From Candidatus Cloacimonadota bacterium (lineage in GTDB: Bacteria > Cloacimonadota > Cloacimonadia > Cloacimonadales > TCS61), in NCBI GenBank assembly GCA_029932755.1, contig JAOZPK010000001.1, forward strand, positions 1 to 48,579: a stretch of DNA of 48,579 bases, in the 5' to 3' direction. Position numbers and translations under genes: made by a program. Each line of letters begins with the position of its first letter. The stretch's first letter is position 1. Shown here piece after piece: positions 18,647-26,886 of this stretch. The notes under the pieces were generated by a model. It saw only the letters and a program-made list of their open reading frames with translations, ran no database searches and was not told where the DNA came from.

Positions 18647-20919
18647 GAAATCAGGAATTGGTCCAAGTTGGAAAATCAGCTTTAAAAGTTGATGGTAGAG
18701 AACTCGTTACCGGTAAAGCAAAATTCAGTGGTGATTTTAATTTTCCGGATCTTCTGCATGGTTACGCCTGCCGTTCCAAAATAGCAGCTGGATATATTAA
18801 GGACATCGATATTTCACAAGCCCTGAAAGTTCCCGGAATTGTAGATGTAGTTCTGCCTAAAGATATACTGGGTGGAAATATTGTAGGGATTCTCCCACCT
18901 TATGACCAACCTGTGCTGGCAGATAAAGAGATAAGATATGCCGGTGAATCTTTTTGCCTGGTAGTGGGCACTTCGGTTCGGGCGGCAAAAGCTGGAGCCA
19001 GGGTCGTGATTGCAACAATTGAACCGATACCTCCCATCTTGACGATCGATGAGGCGTTAGCTAAGGATGCTCGTAAAATTCATGCCGCAGGAAATATAAC
19101 TGTCTCTAAAAAATTGATCAAAGGTGATTGTGCCAAAGCTTTTGCCGAATCCGATGTTATACTGGAAGATACTTTTGAAACATCCAATCAGGAACATGCC
19201 TATCTGGAAACGGAAGTTGTCTGTGCTGTACCTTACGGTGATGGTCGAATTACAGTTCACGCATCCTGTCAATCCCCCTTTCATATCCGAGGTCATATCG
19301 CTGCCAACTTGAATGTTCCGGTAGCTAATGTGAAAGTGGTCCAAGCGTATACAGGTGGCTCTTTCGGTGGAAAAGATGATACCGCAACCGAAATCGGCAG
19401 CCTGGCTGCTGTGGCTGCAGTACGGCAGGGTAAACCTGTAATGATCTCGAATGAGAGAGAGGAATCTATTGTCGGCTCAACTTTACGTCATGCCTCGCGT
19501 ATTCATTATCGAATAGCTGCCAAAAAAGATGGCACGATAACAGGAAAGGAGATAAAGATCCTCCTCGACGGTGGAGCCTATGCAGCAGAGAGCCCTTTTG
19601 TTGCTATGAAGGCTTTAATTCATTCTGCCGGACCATATAAAATTGACAATATCAAGGTTGAATCAACAGCCCTATACACAAACAAAACTTACTGCGGTGC
19701 TTTCCGCGGTTTTGGCGTTCCTCAGGTAACCTTTGCCTCGGAATCGATGATGGATGAGCTGGCAAAAAAGCTGAAAATGGATCCTCTGGAATTAAGACGT
19801 AAAAATGCTTTAAAACCCGGAGATCTGAATGCTACCAGTCAAGTCTTCCAGGAATCTGTTGGACTGATCGAAACAATTGATAAGGTTATTGACCTTAATA
19901 GATCATATACATTGCCATCTAAAAAACAGGACCGCTATCTATACGGAACCGGCTTTGCCAGCATGTATCAGGGCATTTCCAATGGTGCAGAAGGGATAGA
20001 TGTTGTAGGAGCAAGCGTTCAGGTTATGCAGGATGGAAGTGCTCTGGTTGGTATCGGTTTAACAGAATTGGGTCAGGGCTCCAGAACAGTATTTGCTCAG
20101 ATCGCTGCCGAAGTGCTAGGTATTTCCCTGGATAAAATTAGTGTTAAACAAGTAGATACCGATACCGTCCACGATTCGGGTCCAACCGTTGCTTCCCGCA
20201 GTACGACCGTTGGAGGTATGGCAGTTTATAAAGCAGCCGGAGAAGTAAAAAGATCATTGCTGAAAATGGCCGCTCTGATGTTCAAAACTGAAGAAAATAA
20301 TATTATTTTAAAAGATAATTTTGCTCAACTGGTTTTTGATGAAAATGCCAAAATACCTTTAAATGATGTCTGTGTGGCAGCCTATTGGACTGGATTCCCA
20401 CTCATGAATTTGTCCTTTTCCAAAGCACCGGAAGCTAAATACGATCAAGACACCACCCAGGGTAATATCTATATAGCGTATAATTACGGAACTCATATGA
20501 TGAGCGTAAGGATTGATAAACTGACCGGAGAAGTTAAAGTGCTGAAACACCTTGCAGTCCACGATGCTGGAAAAGTAGTTAATCCCAAAGCTTTTGAGGG
20601 ACAGGTTGAAGGCGCTTCATTAACCGGTTTTGGTCTGGCTCATCTGGAAAAAATTCAATACAGAGAAGGTGTAATAATAAATCCAAATCTGGCAGATTAT
20701 GCAGTGCCAACCATAAAAGACAGAATTCCCAGTGAAACTATATCAATAGAGACTTATAATCCCACCGGGCCTTATGGTGTAAAAGGTATTGGAGAACCTC
20801 CCGTTTCGGGAGCAGCAGCATCTTTTGCCAATGCTGTAGCAAAAGCAACAGGAATAAGATTCAAGAAACTACCAATAACCAGACAAGTAATATTAGAAGC
20901 AATAAATAGAAAAAAATAG
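18643..20919 (+). CDS. xanthine dehydrogenase-family molybdopterin-binding large subunit (substrate unknown)
   Basis: ATGA overlap with the small subunit. Carries GGSFGGKDD, AFRGFGVPQ and the C-terminal GIGEPP catalytic-Glu segment. 758 aa. Confidence 0.9.
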   Translation: MRNQELVQVGKSALKVDGRELVTGKAKFSGDFNFPDLLHGYACRSKIAAGYIKDIDISQALKVPGIVDVVLPKDILGGNIVGILPPYDQPVLADKEIRYAGESFCLVVGTSVRAAKAGARVVIATIEPIPPILTIDEALAKDARKIHAAGNITVSKKLIKGDCAKAFAESDVILEDTFETSNQEHAYLETEVVCAVPYGDGRITVHASCQSPFHIRGHIAANLNVPVANVKVVQAYTGGSFGGKDDTATEIGSLAAVAAVRQGKPVMISNEREESIVGSTLRHASRIHYRIAAKKDGTITGKEIKILLDGGAYAAESPFVAMKALIHSAGPYKIDNIKVESTALYTNKTYCGAFRGFGVPQVTFASESMMDELAKKLKMDPLELRRKNALKPGDLNATSQVFQESVGLIETIDKVIDLNRSYTLPSKKQDRYLYGTGFASMYQGISNGAEGIDVVGASVQVMQDGSALVGIGLTELGQGSRTVFAQIAAEVLGISLDKISVKQVDTDTVHDSGPTVASRSTTVGGMAVYKAAGEVKRSLLKMAALMFKTEENNIILKDNFAQLVFDENAKIPLNDVCVAAYWTGFPLMNLSFSKAPEAKYDQDTTQGNIYIAYNYGTHMMSVRIDKLTGEVKVLKHLAVHDAGKVVNPKAFEGQVEGASLTGFGLAHLEKIQYREGVIINPNLADYAVPTIKDRIPSETISIETYNPTGPYGVKGIGEPPVSGAAASFANAVAKATGIRFKKLPITRQVILEAINRKK

Positions 20920-20928
20920 GAGATTAAA

Positions 20929-22311
20929 ATGGCTGATTTGTTTATTAAAAATGGTTTAGTATTAACAATGGAACCCGACACTTTCAGTGGACTTGTAATA
21001 GAAAATGGTGCTGTCGCTGTAACCGGGAATATTATCGTAGCAGTTGGAAAAACTTCTGATCTGGAAGCTGAATATGGAAATTCAAAACGTGTTATAGATG
21101 CCTCAGGAAAAATTATAATGCCAGGGCTCATAATGACCCATTCGCACATGGCATACCCCTTAGGACATAATATGCCGGTCGATTTCACACAATTAAAATC
21201 ATTCTGGGATATGTTGATGAAAATGGGTTGGGAATGGCTGGAAGATGTTACAACTTGTGATGATATTTATGCAGCAACCATGTATTCTGCAATGAAAATG
21301 CTGAAAAGTGGTAATACTACAGTTTGCGAAACAGTGGAAGCACCTAATGCTCTACCGGGTCCTCTAATGGCAAGTGCCAGAGCAATAGAAGAGATCGGGA
21401 TCAGAGCTCAGGTTGGTTATGAGATCACTGAACGTGTTCCCGGAGAAGATATTTTGAAAACCCAGAGTCTGGAATGGGCTGATAAAGGTATTCAGGAAAA
21501 CATTGATTTTCTTACCAAATATCCCAAAAATAACGGTAGTCGAATAGAAGCAAGACCAGCCATACACGCTGCCTATACTGTTTCTGAAGAAACATTAAAG
21601 AAAGTTCGTACACTAGCTGATGCACTTGATTGCGGTATTCAAATTCATGTTTCAGAAATTCCCAGGGCTTTTCTTGTAGAAAAATATGGAAAATCCGCAC
21701 CCAAATATCTTGAGGATGCCGGTTTACTTGGTCCGGATGTTATTGCTGGTCACAGTATCGATCTGGATGATGAAGACCTAGAGATCCTGCGTCGTAATGA
21801 TGTAAAGGTTTCCTATACACCAATGACGGATTCACTGGGTGGCAACCTTGTAGCACGTATTCCTGAAATGCTGGAAAAAAATATGAATGTTACTATCGGT
21901 CACGATTGCTTTTTTACTCTGGATATTTCGGAATACATGCGCTACACCTACCTGGTGCAGAAAAATCATCATCATAATCCGCTGGTAGTTTCCCCCTTCC
22001 AGATGCTGGATATGGTCACTATGCAGGGTGCTCGAGCTTTGGGTGTGGAAGATCAGATCGGAAGCCTGAAGGTTGGGAAAAAAGCTGATGTAATACTTAT
22101 TGAACCTGATTCACCATCACCAACAACAGTAGCTACATATTTGTCTTATTTCACAATGACCTTCCAGGGAAAACATGTTCATACAGTAATTGTAGATGGA
22201 AATATTGTGGTGGAAGAATATAAAATGAAGAACGTCAATGAAGCTTTGATAAGAAAAAATTGTGTTGAACATGCACGTCAACTCTGGAAAAGAAATGGTA
22301 TAGAAGTTTAG
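20929..22311 (+). CDS. metal-dependent amidohydrolase, ATZ/TRZ-SsnA/deaminase-like
   Basis: AGGAG RBS. N-terminal beta-sandwich followed by the HSH (HxH) metal motif, an IHVSE (HxxE) segment, AGHS, and an HD near the beta-8 position. 460 aa. Confidence 0.8.
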   Translation: MADLFIKNGLVLTMEPDTFSGLVIENGAVAVTGNIIVAVGKTSDLEAEYGNSKRVIDASGKIIMPGLIMTHSHMAYPLGHNMPVDFTQLKSFWDMLMKMGWEWLEDVTTCDDIYAATMYSAMKMLKSGNTTVCETVEAPNALPGPLMASARAIEEIGIRAQVGYEITERVPGEDILKTQSLEWADKGIQENIDFLTKYPKNNGSRIEARPAIHAAYTVSEETLKKVRTLADALDCGIQIHVSEIPRAFLVEKYGKSAPKYLEDAGLLGPDVIAGHSIDLDDEDLEILRRNDVKVSYTPMTDSLGGNLVARIPEMLEKNMNVTIGHDCFFTLDISEYMRYTYLVQKNHHHNPLVVSPFQMLDMVTMQGARALGVEDQIGSLKVGKKADVILIEPDSPSPTTVATYLSYFTMTFQGKHVHTVIVDGNIVVEEYKMKNVNEALIRKNCVEHARQLWKRNGIEV

Positions 22312-22376
22312 GATTTCCTGAATTCTAAAACTGGAACCTGAAAGCAGTAATTGATATTGATGAAAAGGAGATTAAA

Positions 22377-23558
22377 ATGGCTAATCTGAATTGTAAAATC
22401 GGTGATGTAAAATTAAATAATCCGTTTATTGTTACAGCAGGAGAACACGGCAGAGACGGTGAAGAGATCTTAAAAGTGGCTAAAACAGGGGTGGGTGCTA
22501 TAACCACTAAAACTATTGTCCCTCATCCGGCTCCAGACCCAAGACCTTGTTGTGTTCCCATGGATAATGGTTTTTTAAATTGTGTTCTGGCTGCTATCAT
22601 GCCCAGTGAGCAGTGGTTTAAGGAAGAAATACCTCTCGCAAAAAAAGCAGGCTTACCTATCATAGCTAACCTTGCTTCAGCAGACCCGAATGAAGCTGCT
22701 GAACTGGCTGTTAAAGCTGTGGAAGCCGGCGCAGATATGATAGAACTGGCTACATATTGTCCTCATCTGGCTGAAAACCTGGAAGCCCAGTTTCCCGGAC
22801 TCAAAATTCCACCTCCGGAAATGGATAATCCAAAACCATTCTATAATACCGTTAAGGCTGTACGCGAGGTGGTTAATGTTCCTATTATTGGCAAGGTCTC
22901 GGCTTGTCATTTCTCTAATATTCTACCTTGGATAGAAGCCGGTGTTAAAGCAGGTCTGGACGCTGTTGAAGTTACTGATACGATCGGTCCGGTAATGCTT
23001 ATAGATATTGAAACAGGGCAACCCAAACTTGGTGGTCCTCGCGGATACGGTGGTTTGTCTGGTGGAGCTCTTAAACCCATAGCCATGCGGATGGTTTTTG
23101 AAATTGCTCAGAACTATGATATACCGATCATTGCTTCGGGTGGAATTCAATCAGCCGAGGACGCTATCGAGTATGCAATGGCAGGTGCCACTTATTTCGG
23201 TGTTTGTACGGTGGGTCATTTAGAAGGACAGAACAGATATACATCACTTATCAAAGATTTAGAAGATTATCTTGAAAATAGGGGCATTACTTTGGATGAG
23301 ATCAGGGGTTTAACTTTACGCAAAGTAGAAGAACGTAAAGAAAAGGGATGGGATTGCAATCTTGAACCAATTCCTCCCCTGGTGCATGAAGATATCTGTA
23401 TTGGATGTGGAAAATGCAAGGATGCCTGTATCTACGATGCCATTACAATTGAGAATGGAAAAGCTGTGATCCATAAAGATGTTTGTTATGGCTGCGGATG
23501 CTGTGTTTGGACCTGTCCGACAAAGGCAATTGAAAATATGTATTATAAAGACATTTAA
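22377..23558 (+). CDS. dihydroorotate/dihydropyrimidine dehydrogenase (PreA)-like flavoprotein with C-terminal 2x[4Fe-4S] domain, paralog 1
   Basis: DHODH-type TIM-barrel segments (KTIV...P, ATYCPH active-site-loop Cys, GGLSG, ASGGIQSAEDAIEYAMAGA). C-terminal CIGCGKCKDAC and CYGCGCCVWTCP motifs. Confidence 0.82.
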   Translation: MANLNCKIGDVKLNNPFIVTAGEHGRDGEEILKVAKTGVGAITTKTIVPHPAPDPRPCCVPMDNGFLNCVLAAIMPSEQWFKEEIPLAKKAGLPIIANLASADPNEAAELAVKAVEAGADMIELATYCPHLAENLEAQFPGLKIPPPEMDNPKPFYNTVKAVREVVNVPIIGKVSACHFSNILPWIEAGVKAGLDAVEVTDTIGPVMLIDIETGQPKLGGPRGYGGLSGGALKPIAMRMVFEIAQNYDIPIIASGGIQSAEDAIEYAMAGATYFGVCTVGHLEGQNRYTSLIKDLEDYLENRGITLDEIRGLTLRKVEERKEKGWDCNLEPIPPLVHEDICIGCGKCKDACIYDAITIENGKAVIHKDVCYGCGCCVWTCPTKAIENMYYKDI

Positions 23559-23577
23559 TTATTTGGAGGTTTTATTA

Positions 23578-24768
23578 ATGAACAATATAGATCTAACCAC
23601 AAAATTCTGTGGTCTAACACTTAAGAATCCCATAATTATTCCTGCTGGAATTCATGGAAGAAGCGGTAAGGTGATCAAAGAAATTTCAAGTTCTGGAGTG
23701 TCCGCTATCTGTACAAAAACAATAGTTCCCCAATCTGCACCGGACGTATTGCCTTGTTTTGTTGAGGTTCCCAACAAAACCGGTATGCTTAATTCCGTGT
23801 TTGGCTCTGATAAATTCTCTGAATACTGGTTTACTGAAGGCATTAAAGAAGCAAAAGAGGGAGACGCCCTTGTCTTTGCAAATTTAGCAGGTTATTATCC
23901 TGAACAAGCTGCTGATCTAGCTCAGAAAGCTGAAGCGGCTGGGGCAGATCTGATCATTACTCCAACCCACTGTCCACATATGGGTGAAATTCTAAATGCC
24001 ATGTTTCCTGATATGAATTTCCAGGAAGCGGGACTTGCGGATACAGCAGGCATGACTGCAACGGTTAAAGCCATTAAAGCTGCTGTTAAAATACCCGTTG
24101 TTGTTAAACTTTCCGGTTCACATAACCACATAACACCGGAATGGGCTAAAGCAGTAAAAGAGGCAGGAGCTGATGGCATAGGTGTTTCAGATGCTTTTGG
24201 ACCTGCTCTGGCGATCGATACAAAAACGGGACAACCAATGCTGGGAGGGCCCAGAGGAATTGGTGGTTTAACCGGCCCTGCCATTATGCCCTTAGTTTTA
24301 CGCATGGTTTTAGAAACAGCAATGTCTATCGACCTGCCAATTCTTGGGGTGGGGGGTGTAACCAGTGCAAATGATGCCTTACAGTATATCATGGCTGGTG
24401 CTACACTGGTTGGAGTTGTCACAGCCGGTCACGTTGATGGACCTGTACGATATACAAAAATCATTGATGATCTCAAGATTCTATTGGAGCGTAACAATGT
24501 ATCTTCTCTAGAAGATGTCAGGGGACTCACGATAAAACGAATTCAAGAAAGAAAAGAAAATGATCAGGTTGCGGTAACTCAACCTATTGTTCCTCTTATA
24601 GATATTGATATATGCACCGGTTGCGCTAAATGTATTCCTGTTTGTGCTTTTGATGCAATGTGGATGGAGAACGAAAAAGCAAACATAAATAGTGAACTTT
24701 GTATTGGCTGCGGATTATGCAAAAGTGTGTGTCCATTTAATGCAATAATCCATGAATATTACAAATAA
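23578..24768 (+). CDS. dihydroorotate/dihydropyrimidine dehydrogenase (PreA)-like flavoprotein with C-terminal 2x[4Fe-4S] domain, paralog 2
   Basis: The ATG at 23578 lies 8 nt after GGAGG and is preferred to the ORF-track start at 23479, which overlaps the upstream gene. Same architecture as paralog 1 (PTHCPH, GGLTG, GVGGVTSANDALQYIMAGA, CTGCAKCIPVC, CIGCGLCKSVCP). Confidence 0.82.
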   Translation: MNNIDLTTKFCGLTLKNPIIIPAGIHGRSGKVIKEISSSGVSAICTKTIVPQSAPDVLPCFVEVPNKTGMLNSVFGSDKFSEYWFTEGIKEAKEGDALVFANLAGYYPEQAADLAQKAEAAGADLIITPTHCPHMGEILNAMFPDMNFQEAGLADTAGMTATVKAIKAAVKIPVVVKLSGSHNHITPEWAKAVKEAGADGIGVSDAFGPALAIDTKTGQPMLGGPRGIGGLTGPAIMPLVLRMVLETAMSIDLPILGVGGVTSANDALQYIMAGATLVGVVTAGHVDGPVRYTKIIDDLKILLERNNVSSLEDVRGLTIKRIQERKENDQVAVTQPIVPLIDIDICTGCAKCIPVCAFDAMWMENEKANINSELCIGCGLCKSVCPFNAIIHEYYK

Positions 24769-24914
24769 AAAAATGAGCAAGGGAGGTTGAAATGTTGTTG
24801 CTGTACCTATAATAGTGTCATATCCAGAAACAGTTAATGTTTATTTTTAGGAATAAACTAAAACTGATGAAGAAATAAGAATAAATTTAATTTAATTAAG
24901 TAAGGAGAAGAAAA

Positions 24915-26297
24915 ATGGAAGTTGAACAAAATAAAGATTTTGAGAGTATGTCCAGCTTAACTGTCGGAATAGATGATAAGTTAAGTTTAGGTGAAAATAT
25001 TCTCTACGGATTTCAACATGTCCTAGTGTTAATGCTAGCCCCTTTAGTTACTCCAATTATTTTTGCCAGTATCTTTAAATGGGATATTGCTGTTACGGCT
25101 TATCTCATGATGATCATGTTGCTAGGAGCGGGAATTGAGACTCTGGTTCAGACCAAAGTCCTGAAACTCCCTGTCGCTCAAGCTCAACATATCGTTTTTA
25201 TCGCAGCAATGATTCCGGCGATCTATACACTTGGTCCGATTATGGCCTGGGTAGGTTTACTGATTGTCAGTTTCATAACAATTCTGTTAGTGATCCCATT
25301 TAAAAAAGGATTGCTCGGAAGATTTCTACCCTATGTCGCCACTCCGGTTGTTCTAGGACCCCTGTTTATAGTTATGTCGGTGGGATTGGCAAAGATGAGT
25401 TGTGTAGATTTGATATTCCCACCCGATTATGTAAATGGTGGAAATATTGTATCTTCCACTAATCTGATCTTGGCAGGGATAGCCATGGGTGTTCCTCTGA
25501 TCATATCATTCCTGTTACCAAAAGGGATCTTACGTTATGCCAGTATTCTCTGGGGTGTTATCATCGCAATTATTGTAGCAGCTTTAATGGGACAAATAGA
25601 TTTTGCCCGTGTTGCGGCAGCTCCGTGGTTTGTTGCACCTAAAACTATCTGGGCTCTATTTGAAGGAAATATGGGAAGACCTTTAACTATATCATGGAGC
25701 TTTATCCCTGTGGTATTGATTCTCTTCATTGCTGAGCTTAGTAATGTGCTAGATACTATGGGTTGTTACCAGGCAACAGCTAATCTGGTTGGACAAAAAA
25801 TGACGACCGAACGAGCTAATCGCGGATTATTTGTGGAAACAGTTGCTTCTTTTGTTACTACGATTTTCGGTAATATCCCCTGTACTTCATTTAGTCAAAA
25901 TCTTGGCGTGCTTTCTCTATCCAGGGTTGGTGCCAAAAGTATCATGGTTGCCGGTGGAGCTATATTGATCTTTTTTGGGTTATTCTACAAAATTGGAGTC
26001 TTTTTTGCAGTTATACCATGGGCTATCTATGGTGGTGCTCTTATCGTATTGCTTGGTACTATTCTGGTTGTCGGAATTCAAATGATCGTAACTATGAAAA
26101 TGACTGAAACCAATAAGCTAATTGTTGGTTTCTCAAGTTTTATTGGCATAGCATTTGCTTTTGTTCCTTTTGGAGTTGCACAGCAGTTCCCATTATTTTT
26201 CAGCTTTTTTATTGGAAATCCTATAGGAACAACAGTTGTATTAGCAGTTATTTTAAATCTGGTCTTTGTACACTGGCTAAAAAGCCCGGGAAAATAA
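24915..26297 (+). CDS. NCS2/NAT-family nucleobase (xanthine/uracil-type) permease
   Basis: AAGGAG RBS. Highly hydrophobic 460-aa polytopic protein with a NAT-signature-like segment FSQNLGVLSLSR. Confidence 0.8.
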   Translation: MEVEQNKDFESMSSLTVGIDDKLSLGENILYGFQHVLVLMLAPLVTPIIFASIFKWDIAVTAYLMMIMLLGAGIETLVQTKVLKLPVAQAQHIVFIAAMIPAIYTLGPIMAWVGLLIVSFITILLVIPFKKGLLGRFLPYVATPVVLGPLFIVMSVGLAKMSCVDLIFPPDYVNGGNIVSSTNLILAGIAMGVPLIISFLLPKGILRYASILWGVIIAIIVAALMGQIDFARVAAAPWFVAPKTIWALFEGNMGRPLTISWSFIPVVLILFIAELSNVLDTMGCYQATANLVGQKMTTERANRGLFVETVASFVTTIFGNIPCTSFSQNLGVLSLSRVGAKSIMVAGGAILIFFGLFYKIGVFFAVIPWAIYGGALIVLLGTILVVGIQMIVTMKMTETNKLIVGFSSFIGIAFAFVPFGVAQQFPLFFSFFIGNPIGTTVVLAVILNLVFVHWLKSPGK

Positions 26298-26317
26298 ACA
26301 AAGATCGTTTTTCATTA

Positions 26318-26351
26318 ATAGAGGGGGAATTCCCCCCTTCTATTTTTTTTT
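26318..26351 (+). terminator. rho-independent terminator closing the catabolic island
   Basis: GC-rich hairpin TAGAGGGGGAATTCCCCCCTTCTA followed by a run of nine T. Confidence 0.85.
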
Positions 26352-26393
26352 AACAATTTACTTTATTATCTCAAGATAGTTTTTTGAATTTCT

Positions 26394-26860
26394 CAAAAAC
26401 TTGACACTCTAATTATAATTTGAGCTATTTGCATCATGGTAAAAATAATTTATAGTTTATAATGAGAAGGCTCAGGACATTCCTCACGTTCACGTGAGAT
26501 GATAACCCATTTATTGGGAAAAGGGCATACTGTAAAAGTAGCCAGTTACGATCGGGGCTATCAAAATCTGAAAGACGATTTTGATGTGTTGGAAATTGAA
26601 GGATTCTCGATCGTCAGTGATGATAATAAAGTATCTATCGGCAGAACTTTATTACTATACTGGATAGATTCGAAGTTTCCAATATTCTCAAACAGAAGTA
26701 TTTTAAGGAATTCCAAACCGATTGTGTGATAGCCTATTTTGAACCAATGGTTGCCTATCTGGCAAATGAAATGGATATTCCTCTGATTACAATTGATAAT
26801 CAACACCGTATGCATTATTTGGAATTTTCCTGCCCCTTTGAGTAGAAAGCAGAGGCACTT
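26394..26860 (+). pseudogene. decayed duplicate of the promoter and first ~147 codons of the glycosyltransferase gene at 28193
   Basis: Aligns by eye to 28151-28630 at roughly 85% identity, including the CTTGACACTC promoter box. It has a TAA at codon 9 (TCG in the intact copy), a 13-nt deletion/frameshift near 26655, and a TGG->TAG change at 26842-26844. Homology ends just before the Fic gene. Confidence 0.85.
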
Positions 26861-26886
26861 TTGTTATCCCCTTATCATTAATAATA

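Noticed and set aside
17325-20919. Aerobic-type CO dehydrogenase (CoxMSL), or a selenocysteine-containing purine hydroxylase.
   Set aside because: The large subunit lacks a CODH-type AYRCSFR active-site loop and instead has the FRGFG/GEPP hydroxylase motifs. All three ORFs are uninterrupted, with no in-frame TGA that would suggest Sec.
20918-20934. Identical 17-mer AGGAGATTAAAATGGCT at the translation starts of the amidohydrolase (20918-20934) and PreA-like paralog 1 (22366-22382).
   Set aside because: It covers only the RBS, an AT-rich spacer and the first two codons. The flanks and proteins are unrelated, so it is most simply convergent optimal initiation context rather than a repeat element.
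24769-24914. Purine (guanine/adenine/xanthine) riboswitch upstream of the NCS2 permease gene.
   Set aside because: I inspected the 146-nt leader and found no three-way-junction core matching the conserved purine-riboswitch segments (UAUAAU...GGAUAUGG...CUACCGGG...CCGUAAA-type). Only weak, AT-rich pairings are present.
26499-26815. ORFs 26499-26729 (+) and 26561-26815 (-), considered as real small genes.
   Set aside because: Both fall inside the decayed duplicate of the glycosyltransferase 5' region. The + ORF is just the longest intact frame of the pseudogene before its frameshift.
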